Assembly: GCA_905178155.1 (NCBI GenBank)
Contig: CAJINV010000001.1
Coordinates: 10,404,240 to 10,468,239 of the forward strand
Source: Amoebophrya sp. A120
Lineage: Eukaryota > Protista > Dinoflagellata
Direction of reading: 5' to 3'
DNA length: 64,000 nt
Shown here: in pieces, positions 23,268 through 37,888 of the stretch
How the letters are laid out: each line of letters opens with the position of its first letter
How positions within the stretch are numbered: the first letter of the stretch is position 1
Translations under genes and position numbers: made by a program
Notes under the pieces: model-generated
Seen by the model: the letters and a program-made list of their open reading frames with translations, nothing else
What the model was told of the DNA's origin: nothing
Database searches by the model: none

Positions 23268-24967
23268 TGTTTGATTGAAAAGATGACCTTGTCTAATACA
23301 GCTTCGACGATTATTTCACTACAGATGCTCGCATGTGCACATCTTCTGTCCACCGATGTTGAAAGGAAGCGGAGGAGCTTTGCTTTGCTTGTAACAAAAA
23401 ATTATGTTTATCGAATGGATCAAGTATTTAATACATGGGAAAGAAAATCCCGACCGCGAGAATTTCTTTTGCAGCAGAATGGTTTTTCTTGAGCCATCAC
23501 CTGCATAGTGTTCCCTCTTTCCGAGTCCAAGAATTTCGTTTTCTCGTGTGAAGGATTTGCTTTCACACATCATAAAGGCATGTAATAGCACTAGCTCACG
23601 ACGCAGCAGAAGAGTTCCGAGTATGTATGCGTAGGCGTACGAGCAGCTGCAGCTGGATCTTTAATGATAAGCGGACATGAACATGGACATGAATATTCAT
23701 AGATAGGCACTCTTACTACGGCAATCAGAGGCATGACTCCGCAGCTGGCGTAGATCCTTATCCTTTTCCCATTTTGTACGGAGGACCCATTCTTGACTCA
23801 GACACATAGAAGCGTGCGTTTATTTTTGTGAAAGAATGTGAAGACTTCTAAACTTTTCTTTTCTCAGAGGCATCGTTAAAGATAACGCGTTTTCTAGGTC
23901 ACACCGGACACAAAACGCCTTCGAGTGACCGTGCTAAGTGACCGCTACATTGATAATCTGAAACTGAATGCAACTCGCAAGCTCGTCCGCATGAAAATTT
24001 TAGCGCCAGAAATTTGATATGTTTGTTAATAGCCCGACCCAGTGCAGAAGTCGTAGACAGTGTACTTAGACTCAGTATATCAACCGATTCCCTACAAATT
24101 TTTTTAGTCAAGAAAGATAGAAAGCGCATATCATATCCCTACCTGTAAGTAACTGTAGTATCTTCATCACGTTTTTAGTTCCATTTTTCCTCCCGCAGAT
24201 ATGTGATGTTATGTGTATGTCAGTGGTCTAACATTTTTTCCTACGTTACTCACCGCATTGTTAGATAGTTTCGCCAGAATCTCCTCGATGACATTAGACC
24301 CCTTTTGTTCCGCAACAATCAAAAATTTTTCATAGGACCAGAAGATTTTCTGTCTATCGGTATCGAAGAGAACCTGAAACTGAAACATCAGAGTGGAAGA
24401 AAAAGTATTTTTGACAAAAGCCAGAAAAAAGAAGATCTCGTTCAAGGAGTGCTCAACACAACTTCTACCTCACCCAACTGGAGGAGAAAAAACCAATTCC
24501 TTGTGACGAGGAACACGGAAACTACTTGCCGCGCAACAACCATGCGGCCGATTGTCATTGATAGTGTGGACACCGACAAGAGCTTTGTTTCAACATCCTG
24601 CTCGCAAGAACTGGCACTGCTTCGACTGAGGTGAAACTAGGTCTCCTCACCCAACAAGGGGAACGACCTACGGGGGCAGAAGGCGCGCAATACGACGAAT
24701 AAAGCAAGTGTGAAGGACGAAAGAACGTGAACAACACATCACGCGAACAGGAAAGAGAAAGAAGAAGATTCAGTATCAAGAACAAAGTACTTCTAAGCAA
24801 CTTCGGAGGTTGGACGACAAGCACATCGAGATCGACGAACGACAACATACATCAAAACCAACCCAGAAGTTGGAAGTGAAAGCACTTCTATCTTGCTTTA
24901 GACAAGCAAGAATTTCTACTTCGGCGTGGCACGACCATCACTGCAACTGCGAAGTGGAAGTTTTATT

Positions 24968-27900
24968 ATGGCGAACCACAATCAGATGGTGGTCGCAGCC
25001 AACACCGCGGTTTTACCCGTCGCGGGGGAACCAAATCCGAACTCCGACTACGCTAGCTTCTTGGAACAGATTGACCGGTCCCTCGCACAGCACATCGGGA
25101 AAGAGGGCGTCGACGGTGATCAAATGAAGGCACAGGAAGAAAAAGCGGAAAAAGTGCTGCACCGCCTGCACGCACTGATAGACGCGGCCAGAAACAAATC
25201 AGGTACCTATTGATATTGTGGAGAACGATTTATTTTGGAAAACCATTTATGGTTCCGTGGGCAGTTGTTGCCTTTTCTCCAGCCATTTTTGTGATATTGG
25301 CCGTGGAGCGATTCGTTCACGACGGTCTTCGACCTCGGCAACGAGGGCGTAGATGATCCCGGCGTAGAAGCTGCATGATGCAAATTTTCAAAACAACGCA
25401 GGTCTCGCAAGAGGTGCGATGCACGTTTTCGGCTCTTTTTCAAATGGCTTTAAGTCTGGCGGAAGCGACCTGGACATTGTCTACCTGTCGGAGGAGATTA
25501 CACTCAAGGGTACGGTAAACGCGTTGTCCAGTGTTTTGAACCTGGCCCACAACTACCAGTTCACCAACCTGACCAAAATTTTTCAGGCCAACGTACTAAA
25601 AATTTGTCTTTCTTTGTACTAGTTTCTTTTCCTTTTATTTTTTGGTGCGCAGATGTGCTGGCGCGTCTTTGAACTGCATTAGTACTACCTGTTATTTCTG
25701 TAGCATGCCGTGGTCATGTGGTGTAGCTCCTCACGGAAAAATCCGAATTTTCTTTTGATTTGTTCTTCAGTTTTGGTCCCACATATGATGATCCGAGCTT
25801 CGTCAACAAAAAATTGTTTACACTTGATCGGACTCGGACAACATACAGGTCCCAATTTTGAAGTTCACCGACGAGGAAACGGGCGTCGAGGTGGACTTTT
25901 GCATCAACAACCGGCTGGGCGCACGGAATTCCCTGTTGCTCCAGACCTATTGTTCGCTCGACAAGCGGGTCCAGGATGTAGGGCGGCTGGTGAAGGCCTG
26001 GGTGAAGCACAAGGACCTGGTTGGCACCGCGGACGGTTTTCTGAACAGCTACGCTTACATTTTGTTAGTCATCTACTTTCTCCAAGTGGGCTTGGAAGAA
26101 CCCGTGTTACCCAACCTCCAGGCAATGGCGGAGGAATCGCGGCGCCAAGACTTGGAGGAACTGAACAGCACCCCGTCCAACGCGGCCATGGCCTCCGGGG
26201 CCGCCCGCGGTGCCGGGGCCGGGGACCAGCCCCCGAGCGGTGGCTACATCGAAAAGATCGAGAAGCACATTGTCCGCGACAACAAGTGGGGACGGGACGA
26301 CGATTGGGACACGAGTTTTTACGACCGGGAAATCACACCGGAGATCTGCTCGAAACTTACCCACGGCAAGTTCGAACTCGGAAAAAACAAAATGACCACA
26401 GCTGAATTACTCTTCACCTTTTTCCATTTCTACACCAGGTATTAGGAGTCGCGGGTTTCGTTTACTGCTCTTCGATTTTTGCGCATCTACTCATGCTTAA
26501 GATAACTCCGAGGCCACTGAATTTTTCGTTTTCCATCCCAATACAAGACTCTTCTTTTGCGCTGGTGCTAATGAAGTCGTGGTGTACATATAATGCTTAA
26601 AACTGAACAAAAACAAATCTTAAACAGGATTTTCGACTGGCAGAACGAGGCCGTGAGCATTCGCATGGCGGACCCGATGACCAAGAACGGTTTTGAGGGC
26701 GAGTCCCAGTTAAAGTGGAACCGGCGAAAAAATGACAAATGGGAAGTGATCAACGACAGCGCCCGGATTACGATGAACTCCGTTCCGGGCCGCGACAGTC
26801 AATCGCTGAAAGACTTGTGGTACATCGAAGACCCCTACGACCTGCGCCACAATCTCGCGGGAAAAATGACGGTCACCGGCAAAGAACGTACTGTTTTTCA
26901 AGAGGTTCACTTGTTGGGCTGGTTGTTTCAATCGAGCAAGCAAAAATTTGGATTTTCTTTGGGCTCGAATACGAATTTTGTCATTGTTTCGATTGCGTGT
27001 GGGACAACGAATATTTAGATGTTGTTGTATTGCTGGTAATTGTACACACGTAACGCCAGGTATGATCTGCGAAATGGAGCAGACGATGCGGCAACTTTCC
27101 CAAGCGGGGAGCTGGGATCAGGTTGTTCCGCCCGATGGCACCCTGCCGATGCTGTACTTGCTGAAGTGTCGCATTTCCTCCTCAATTTCCCCGAGTCTGT
27201 TTATCCGCGAACTCGCTTCTACCGGAGTCGCACGGGTGCACATGCCAACAGGGACGAACAACAGGAACGCAAACAAAGGCGGGAGATACAACAGCATCGC
27301 CTTTCTCGAGTTTGACTGCCCCAAAACGCGCCGCCGCGCGCACACCCGGAACGAGAGCTACCTCGCTGATTGCCAATTGCAAATTCACTACAGCTCGCGA
27401 TGGGCATTGGAAGATGCCGTGGCGCAAACTCCGTACTCCGATGATCCTACACAATTTTCATTTGATTATTGATTCAACAACAAATACAAATCTTAAGTTG
27501 CTGGCTCCCGCGTATTTCTACCTTCACACGAATTTGAGTGCGCACATGTCGACTACTTCTGCGACACAATCATGATGAAACTGGCCTCAGAAAAGTATCC
27601 AGTCCAGGAGTTGTCCTCGAAACAGAGGACGACGCTGAGGACTGTGAGACCCAAATTTATGCGTGTCAGCTGATCTGTGTCACAGGAAAGCAAGAGAAAC
27701 ACCGATGTCTGAAGAAGGGAAGTGGATCAAAAAAATGCAATTTCAATTTCGAAGCATTTACGTTTTGTGCCATTTTACATGCCCATCTAGGAGCTGTTCC
27801 ATATTCATTGAATGGAGAAAAAGTTATGCTTTTTATCAGGTACCACCACTATGACGTGAAGGCGTACCTGGAGAGTGACGGCAAGGAAGGTCTTCTCATC

Positions 27901-30219
27901 GCCGAACCAGGGAAGCTCCCGCAGGCTCCGGAGTCCATCAAGAGAGCCGTGGAGCTGCACCGCGCGCACCAGAGGCTTATCGGGCAGCATCCCGGCGTCG
28001 GCGGTCCGCACAACATCAACTTGCTCGGCGGCAACGTCGTACCCGGGCGCGGACCGGGAAACCCGATGCAACCATACCAGGTACCGCAAACGCAGATGCC
28101 GCTGACCCGCGCAGCACCCGCGCCTCCCGGGCCGACCTATGCGCATCACGCAGCGCAGTACACGAATGGTGTGATGCAAGCGGGAAGTAGAGCTGTGATG
28201 GGTCCGAACGGAATGATGATGCCGGGTGCGGGCGGTCCTGCGGCTGGAAATCCAAATCCCGGTGGTTTCGTAGTTGGCGCTCAAGCACAATCAGGCGGTC
28301 CGCACGGGGGTGCGCCCATGGGCGGAAATCTCCCCGGAGGGCCACCGCGCACGAATGGCGTGCAGCCGGGAAGTCACCAGCTCCCGCCGGACGCGGTCCA
28401 TCAGCGTTTGCTCATGCAACACCGGCAGCAGCATGAACGCAAAGCGGCCACGGCACAAATTTTGAATGCAGGAGCTGTGGGTGGACCACTGGTCAACAAC
28501 AATCTGAATGGCACTGGGGCTCCGGGTGTGGGGGCGTATCCACCGTCTGGCGTTCCGGGGGTTGGTGCGCCGGGACCACCGGGACCGCCGCCGCCAACGA
28601 TTGTAAATCAACACTCTTCGATTTTTTTCATCACTTGTTGGTCTTTCATCGCTGACTCGTAGAGAAAGGCTAGTGATGCAACTTTTTCTTCTACTTTCGC
28701 ATTGTCCGCGCCATGGTGTCGTGGTGATTCAGTCTCGGTAGTATGGCAAGCGTATTGACTCTTTCTGTTATGCTCGTCTTGCGAAAAAATACCAGGGCGG
28801 ACCCCCGGCTGCTCGAGCGATTCCCCCGTCAGTGATGGCACAGCGTGCGCGACCGCGCATGCCCGTGGGATTCAACTTGCCAGACGACCAGCGCGGATTC
28901 CCGATGCCCTTGTACTACAATCGTCCGCCAAATACAGCCGGAAGTAGTGTGGCGCAACCGAATCATGGATCAACTTCGTCGAACAATGGAAATGCCAATC
29001 CCGGACAACTGACGGTGTCACTTTTTTCTATCTTGTTATCTCAACACACGCACGCTTCCGCTATTGTGATTGTCAAACAACATCTCGTGCGGCTAGCCTG
29101 CCATGGATTGACAACGCAGTCATGAACCACGTGTACTTATCTAAGCATATTCCGAGCGACTGAATGATCGTTGCTGCGATGGCCGCGTTGCGGAGCTTTT
29201 TGATCATGTAATCTCCTTCTTCCTATACCAAGTAGAAGCCGTAAATACAAGAATTTTCGAGCACAAACTAACAGCTCCCACTGCCACCGCTCCACAACCC
29301 GAGCGTGCCAGCCACCACGGGTGCTGCAAACGGATCATTGCAAACCGCGAGCACCTGGGCTCCTGGGAGACGATCGCCAGGCGAGGCGAGGCCGGCCCCG
29401 CGAACTGCGGTTCCGAACGTTCCTGTGGTGCAGAAAGCGGCACCAGTGGAATTACAAGAGCCATCAAGCACTAGCAGTGGTAGGAGTATGTTATAAAATA
29501 TGTGGATTTAGCGTGAAGAAAGTCGTGCGTTTTGACTTCATGCTCTTTACGATCAACATTATATATATGCTTGTGGTACTTACTGTACCTGAAACTGAAT
29601 CCCTCACTGTCGCTCCGCTTGACGCTGAGATCCTGAAGACTCTTCCAAATTAAACGCAATTCTTGCAGGCGGCCAACAAACAAGCGACAGTAGCGAGAAC
29701 CGGGGCGCCAGCTCTTCAGGAGCGGGAGGCCTCGGGCGTGGGCCGGCCCAGTTGAACGGCGGACCACAGTCCTCACGAATAGGCGGCAATCCGAGCAATC
29801 CCCAGAGTCAGGAGCAAACAGCTTTGTTGAGCAACGCTGCGGCGCGCGAATTTCTCGCTGCCCCGAGCGACGTGGTGACTGGCGGACCGACTTTGGTCGA
29901 CGCAGCGAGGGCTGCGCACACGAAGCTGGCAATACAGCGTATGCAACAGGCACAGCAGCGCCGGATTGAGTCGCAGCGCGAACCGAGACCACCGACAAAC
30001 AGCGCGTATCAAAACCAAAATCAACACCACAGTCCACCCAACGGGAACAGCAGAATCGAACAGACCCGATCTTACCCAGCGTACGCCGTGCCGCCCGGTG
30101 GTGCGGGGACAGCGGGAGGAGGTGCTGGTGCGGCGCACCACCTGATGCATCACACAAACAACCGCCATGCTGTGCTCGTACAGGAGCGCTCGCCGCCCGG
30201 AATGAACCAGTTTCAATGA
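24968..30219 (+). CDS. Cid1/TUT-family terminal nucleotidyltransferase 2 (NTase + PAP-associated + RRM-like + P/G/Q-rich tail), multi-exon
   Basis: HVFGSFSNGFKSGGSDLDIV, VPILKFTD..VEVDFCINN, VKAWVK, GFLNSYAYILLVIYFLQ..VLPNLQ, WYIEDPYDLRHNLA and RNP1-like IAFLEFD. GT-AG introns. The 3' low-complexity exons are less certain. Confidence 0.87.
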
Positions 30220-33200
30220 AGAAATACGTCGCTGAAAATATTATCGTAGCGGCATCATTGGTTTCCGTTTCGATTGTATGATGTTGACGCTGAATCTCTA
30301 TTCCACCGAATAAACGTTGTTGGAAAGATGCTTTTACTTCATTGTACACTTGAATATCTTCGCACTGCAAGATTCGTCGCGCCGCAAGTTTTGCAGCCCG
30401 AGCACCAAAACCAGTGAAAAAATGACGCAATGTTGCAAGGTCTATTCTTACAACGCAGCAATTCTTGTGTCCGTGTCGCAGCGTCCTGCCCTTTTTCGAG
30501 GTTCCCTTTGGCCTTCGTAAATTTGCACCTAGCTACGGACGACAGCTGACATTGTAAGTATAGCATCGGACAAAGGCTCTTCGCACAAAAATAGGCAAGT
30601 ACTCGACGAAAAAAGGTCAGTGTCGCAAGCAATATAAGTATCCACATCGATAGAAGTTCGCAAGTTGACGGTAGAATTTAGGAATACGATGTCTATCTAA
30701 GCCTGCGTTTTCGAAAGTTAGCAAGTTGTAAGGCAGCAAGAAGCAGAAGCAGCAAGCGCAGTCACAGCATGGCCGTGGTTGTGGTATCTGCAACTTTCTG
30801 ATGAAAAAAGTCTCCAGGACGTGAGGTTGAGAAAGAAAGTTTGAGTTTTTTATACTTGTAGAATTTGATTTCGAAGTCGCTCTCCCCGAAACAAAAAATA
30901 GTACTGTCTAAAACGACAGCTAATTCAAATGTACCAGAAACAGTTTCTCACTCTTTCGTGAGGTATTTGTACAGCGATTCAATGGAAGAAAATTTCTGTA
31001 AGAAAGTCGACCTATTTGATGATGAAACCTAGTTTTACTGACTTCTATATGCAATTGTCCCTACATTTCAAATGACCTCTTCAGATAATTTCTCGTAGAT
31101 GATTGAGCGATACCATACGGATGTAATCCATCGATACACGACGCCTGTTGCGCCTATTGTTACATTGATCTGCTGCTCACAGTACCAAGCACGACGCTAG
31201 CCTGCAGAAGAGAGCAGCTCGTCCTGTTCTTTCCTGCTACGCTGTCGCGAGATAGCTAGTGTCAAGATTCGCATGTAGTCGTGCTTGTGCAACTGCCACG
31301 ATTTTGTCTGACAGGTTCTAGTGATGTTTGGTAGAATAAACACGGCGAAAGTTTACTTCAACGGAAATCTTTGGGACATCGTTAACATTGCCCCCTGTAG
31401 TTGTTGCGCAACGGTACTAGAAGTCCGGCGATAAAAATCGGAGTGAAGAATGGAATAATCAGCGAGGGGACGAATACTGACATATTAGGAACCGTCCTTC
31501 TCCTGGTCGTTCCAAGTTTCGCACCGGGCGAATTCGTATCAGGCAGAATATTGCGCAGCACCGAGCACCAATTTGTAGGGAGGATACGATGACGCAAAGG
31601 TGAAAAGTACAACTCAGACGGTGAATTCTAACGGATTTTTCACTTGCATCCATTTAGAGATTCCCAATAGAAATAAATATTGCCACCTACGTTTCAGAAA
31701 ATGCGATGCTGGCGATATACTTGAATAAAAATATTTTTGTGAAGATTTTTTTTACGAATGACAATGTAAAAAATAAAAAAAAAGTATTGTACTGATTTTC
31801 CGGGATCGGACGAGATGATGGAACCTATATCTATGGCGAGAACGCCGCAAGCCTGCGATAACAGATTTTTATTTTTTGCGATGGCCGCTTTCGACCTGAT
31901 ATAACAATAAACTGTAATTGCTTGTAGACAGTGATATAAAAATAAGACGTAGCATCGCATGGCATTACAGTAAAAAGCTAGTGTGAACAGCTTATGGCAT
32001 TCGAAAGACCTGCGAACTAGTATCGATGACAGGATGTAGTAGTTAGTGCGCTACACGACGAGGACTTTTTTTGAGGTATTTTGAACGGACCTAATTTTCG
32101 GCTTTTGTCAGATCTTTTTCACCCACTTTACCGTTTCTTCATTGAAATCCGTTTCGCAGTCGCAGACGAAAACCAAAACACACCGATGGATTTGGAAGGC
32201 TTCGGCTCGTCTACTCTCTACTTCCAGTCTGTTTCTGAGATAAAGAAAAAAGCACACAGAGATATTTTTTTCATAAATGTATTTCGTAGGCGTTTTTCAT
32301 TGTTTCTATTGGAGGAAAGTCAAATGTCGACTGCGATCCCTCACGAACGATGGATGGATTGGGACAAATTTACGACTTGGAACATCATCGACAATATCAA
32401 AAGCAAAGGAATTCTACAAATGAAATGTCTTTGGGTATATTAATCAGAAGGGCCTGAGCGCTGAGATTGCCACTTTGCTGGTCGTAGTAGCGAGGTCGGA
32501 ACAAACAGTTGATGCCAAGTAGCGGATCATCGACACTCCATCTGATAGGAAGCAGCCCGACGTGAGTTTAGTAAAAATCGGGCGATCGACGCAAGAAAGC
32601 TGCTAGTATGGTCAAGGAGACGACCCTGCTAGATAAAATAATCCATCTGGAATATATTAGGAAGCTGTTTTATCTTACCCGCTCGTTGTTAACATAGAGA
32701 TATTTTCTCGTTTTTTTCATCATGATGACAGACGAAACAAAAACACCTATACCTTATCTAATAAGTGGTTGTTTAGCTGCATATGTCTCAGTTTCTGCCT
32801 GTAGAAATGATTGAGCCTGAGTTTGTTACGTACTACGAATATCCGGTATGCACATGCTGACGATGCCATCATTTTGACCGGCTACGAAACATTTGCTGTT
32901 TGAAAAATCCCCTGGAGTTTCTAAAACAAAAAGTCTCGATTTTTACACTTGTAGGTTCAAATGCTATCGCACGCTTTTGTAAAAATATCCTGTATTTGGT
33001 CCTCTATGCTGTAATTTTCTAGTTGCAAGCATATGGCTGGAAAGGCTATTGTAGTGCTGCAGCAGCACTTCGTCGCACAAAAAAAAGATGAAGTGCGCTT
33101 TCTCCGTTGCCTACGTAGGTAGAAAAATGAGTCCGCCATGGAGGTCATACGCGGGTGTCGGATTATCAAAAGCTAGTAAGAGACAGTGCCCGTCACTGTT

Positions 33201-34870
33201 TTTGGTGTACTATTGTTAGGGTAATTTAATATGAAGACCTCCCAAGTTTAGTATTTACCGCTGGACTTGGATTCTTGAAAATAATCTTCACATACGAGTT
33301 TCGCCCTGATGATAGATGAGTCCTTTTTGAAAATGGAACCCATGTTGTTGATAAAGAATCCAGAATATAAAAACGAATCGAAGAGAAGAAAATGCCTCTG
33401 ATTACCGAAATTATTGACGCACCACGTGGCTCCGGCCGCGTTGTGAATTAAGGAACTTCACATTTTTGACACTGGAAATAGTACGTATTGAACTTTACTT
33501 TATTCGGAAGAAAGAAGAGCAGGCGCAACAAAGTGAAAAATATTTCGCAAACAGACTCCCTCTCCCGCACAGAAGTTCTACAACTTGGAATCTCAATCGG
33601 CACCCGTGTCTGTCATCCAGGGAGATGTCGCATAGCCAGCCGCAGAACGAATGAGAAGCTCCAATTCTTTTTGACGCCCCAACATCGAGTGTAGCCTTTG
33701 TTTCTCCATGCCCTTGTCGTTGCTTCATTCGACTTCTACCTTGTAAGTTTATTATCGTATTTCAACACAACTTCCCCCCCTAGGCCTAGAGATTGCAACG
33801 AGAATACACCGAAGTCGCCATCGACACCTCGATTTATGCACCAAGTTTTTTGTTTCGTTCGCCAAGTTTGAATTAGTGTTTTTGTTTTTAGCGCGTCGCT
33901 GAATTCATTATTAGTATTATTTCCGTTCGGTTCTTCTCGTTCTTTGCCTGTTGCTTACAAATTGTTTGTCTTTTCGTTCGCACGACTGAGCGAGTCGATC
34001 TGTCGCCGGCGGTCTCATACGACAAAACACGAAAAAGCGGACGACGATGAGCTGCACTAACATCTGGTTCTGATATTATACTAGCAAATTTATTTACATC
34101 TTTTCTCACCTAACGTGCGTGTGTTGAAGAGTACACTGTTCTGATTGAAAAAATATATTTCCGGCAGACAAAACAAGCTTTTGAAGATCTTTAGATATAT
34201 TCAAGTCGCATATTTCTACAGCTATAACACCACATCGATTAGATTGCTACGTATGAGGTGCTTTTAGGATTGTATCTGTTCAGAAAATGAAGCCCAAAAA
34301 AGAAACTGATGAATTTGAACAAACCACTGTATGGTAATCAACAGTTCTTAGCGTTTACTTTGTGGATTCCAAAATTTCCATTTCGTTGTCAGATATCCGC
34401 GTTTTTTTCTCGTCGAAAACGCCTTTATTTTACGAGCTGCAACTACATCTCGTGACGTCGAGTGTATGTCAGATGTTCATCCTTGGTTGTTCGACCTGCC
34501 TATTGCAGAGAAGCAGACCAGCACTTCGTTGCTGACAATTATTTTGTTGGCCTTAGCGGCTCGCTCTGAATGGAGAGTCTTGGTGGTTTGAAGAATCACC
34601 TCTCGTCAGTCGATTCGTGATGTAATCGTTAGCGCAACCTGAAATTTCTACGTTCTTGGAGAGGGAGAGAGAGACGTCGCAGTCGCACTAAACTGCCTCC
34701 TCACTACTCGTGGTGGTGGTGTTGTTGCCGTTCGGACCCGGACTTCGACTTTGGTAAATTGAAATAAAAACGTAGGAGCTACTGCATCCGCTAGCAGAAA
34801 GAAAAAGATGGATATGGATATGGATTTCAACAATGTATGCCTAGAAACAGAGAATTGAACAAACAGGAAG

Positions 34871-37233
34871 ATGTCGTGCATTTTTCAGTTCGGCAGACCT
34901 GCACGGAGCAGCCGTGTCGCTCTGAGAGTGTCCAGAACGATCTCCAAGTCGCTCCGCTTGCTGCTGCTTCTGAAATCAACCGCGATTCTACCTGTCGACC
35001 ACGTGCAAGCGTACACGGGACGGTACCTGCGCAGAGAGAGAAACGGAGTAACAAGTTCCAAGAAACAGCAATACGAAACGGAGAATGTAGGTGATCAGGA
35101 GGAAGACACGACTTCGGCCATCGCAGACCAGGAAGAAATCGAGCCGATGCTATTTCTGGAGCACCCAACCCCAATGCCGCCACGGCACGACCAGCTGGAC
35201 GATTCTGTTATACAGGTCAGAGCAGGTGGAGGAGCGCCAGGACAAAATATCGATGAAATTGCGCTGTCGCGACCTCCGTCGAAGAGGAGTAAAACCCGGC
35301 ACCATTTGGTGAGGCGCTTAATGCGACCAAGATCCCCTACTTCCGCAGTGGCAGCACCTGCCACCACCCAGGGGGTTGCTCCTGCTTCGTGGTGGAATTG
35401 GTTTTACGGGCCAAGAACTACTACCGAGGTGGTCGACGAAGCAGATCGTCCTTATGATGTGGTTGAGGAAGAAGTTCTCGACGAACCCAGCCCCGTGGCT
35501 GCTTCTGAAGTTGTTGTACAACAAGAATATGAAGCTGCTCCGTCCTACAACGACCAGGAAGTTTACCTCGACGAGATGGAAGATGTCGGCGCTCCTTCTT
35601 ACACAGCCTCCCGCACGCCGCGTCCACGCTACATCGTGCGGCGCAGTCAGCCGCATAAAAGCCTCGCTGTCATCAGAAGAGTCATTGTGCCGCGGCGGAC
35701 TTCTTCTACGACGAGGGATCGCCCGCGTGTGGGCGAGGAAGAAATTCTCGTCGACGGTGATGGTTCTTACACTGATGGACAAGCTGAAGAAGCTGGCGAT
35801 CGCAGCCCACGACGACCGGCGCATCAGGAACAAGTACCAGACCTGCACAATTCGTATTCCGCGGCTCGAAGCGACGGGGGCCACGACAATGATGTTTTCA
35901 CCCAGCGATCTTCTCAACAAGTTGCAAGGCACCTCTCGTCCGCAGGAGGACAACACCCGAACCCAACATCAGCATCTGGGTCTTCTTTTATCGAACAAAC
36001 GCAGCGTGGAGACGAAGAAGGGAAGAAGGAACAAGGGTCTTCTACCGGGTCCGCTAGCGAAAACAAGGAAGTCCAAGCTTTCACGCGGGACATCCGGCAC
36101 CAGTTGCTCGCCTGCCGCACGCTCGCGGACAATACCCTGAAGAAGCAGCGCACCCAACTCGCCGCCCTCAGCCCGCAGCCGCTGAGCGAGGATCAAGACA
36201 CGGAGCGCGCGGCGAAGCGGCTCGAGCTTGAAAACACGATTCTGGATCGCGCGAAGCAGATCAACGCCGACACCGCCAGTATGTTGACCGTGGACCCGAA
36301 ATCCTTCCGCATCAAAGCCATCGACAGCAGTAAAGCCATCGACAGTGTGGGGCTGGACGTTGACGGCAGTGCAAGTAGTACTCCTCTGCGGGAGGCGACG
36401 CAGAATGAACGAAAGTTATATGACCAGGCTCGCGAGCAGATTACCTCGGAACAGCGAGAGCAGATGAAGAAGCACCAGGACGACGACCGGGAAGCGATGT
36501 TGAACTGTTTGCAGGTCGGCTCAACAAAGTTGGAAGGTGGACGGGCAAGGGCAGAAGCAGAGACGGACGCTTCAAAGGTAAATTTAAGTCAACAGGGATA
36601 CTGATGTCGATTCTGGAAATGCTTTCACTCTTCAAACAAGCAGGGCGGGTTGGCAGCCAAGTACATCTTTGTACTTCTACTTTTATCCCTCAGAATGCTT
36701 TTGTAACTGTGACTGCAATTGTTTCAATTTCCGTTCCCACACAGAAAACTTCCTACCTTGAAGCGGTGCGAGAATTGGAAAACACGTGGAAGCTGTTGCA
36801 CGCCCGCGACCAGGCGTTGCTGGCGAGTCAGCAGCTCGGCAATTTACGATCCAAGGCCCAAGACGCGGGGGAGCCGGAGCGATTTGTCGCCAAAAGAAGC
36901 TGGGAAGAGAGCGGGAAGATAAGGGATTCGTTTGAGAATTTTTACGAAAAAATCAAGCCATTCACCACCGCTGTGACGGGCGTGGTGAAGAACCAACGGG
37001 ACTTGCAGCACAACTTGGGCCGGTTCTCGCGCAACCTGCACGCGTCCGAACTCTCCCGCGACATGGAGGAAGAGCACTGGAAGCGGTTGCGCGACGCCCA
37101 GGAGGTGGATGCGTTCTACAAAATCGGGGACATCAGTCTCACCGGTCAGTACCAGCCACCCAAAGACCTGCCGAAAGACTACAATCCCAACCAGAGACAA
37201 ATGTACGTGCAAGATTTCAAAGCGAGCAAATGA
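34871..37233 (+). CDS. Hypothetical, possibly secreted protein with C-terminal coiled coil (2 exons)
   Basis: A 577-aa ORF with hydrophobic LRLLLLLKSTAILPV joins via a GT-AG intron (~36578-36744) to the 36604..37233 frame (KTSYLEAVRELENTWKLL...). Confidence 0.7.
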
Positions 37234-37888
37234 AGAAAGAGCTACTTGCAGAGAATGTCAAAAATGTATCGATTTCTTGTTTCTTGTTTTGGTGCTTGTA
37301 CGGCCGTCGTGCGATTCAAATGAACTTTGCCTGTGCGACGAGCTTGTTGTGTCCAAAATCAAAGTGAAAACGTGAATGGGACCGGCTGCGGTCAAAATAT
37401 TGCGTTTTGTATCTTTTCAGTGCTTGTTCGGGCGCTGACCTGTGCCTGTGCTGATTTCCGAGGCGAAAACCATATCTGTCTCTTTCTCTCTGTCTCTGCT
37501 GCACGTGCTAACCTCGTGTCGTTTTAGCTTGCCCGACAGCTGCTAAAAGCAAATTTTCCCTTGTACAATGAATGCGATCTCGTCCTCTTGATTCGACGTT
37601 TTGCTTTCGTGAAGGTCGCTCGAGCAGGCTTTTCTTCCTGCCTCAGTTCTAGGTATCCTTGATTCGGTCGTGGCAGCAGAAACAGGGCATGATCTAGTCA
37701 TCTTCCATTTCGGTTCTATTTCTCTTCGTCTTCTTTGCTCAACATTCAGATTAAAAGCGTCACAGTGTTAGTGAAAACAGAGTTCAAGTATTTTACTACT
37801 GTTGTGAGCCAGGGTAAACAGGGGCCATTTCGTCCTCTTGAAGTTTTTTTTTTTAATTGAATACTCACATTAAAATTTTTCGACGCTC

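Noticed and set aside
30300-34800. Genes or RNA genes in the long AT-richer gap (also 20200-24900)
   Set aside because: Only short motif-less ORFs. No tRNA, rRNA or spliced-leader sequence recognised by eye; a covariance search was not possible.
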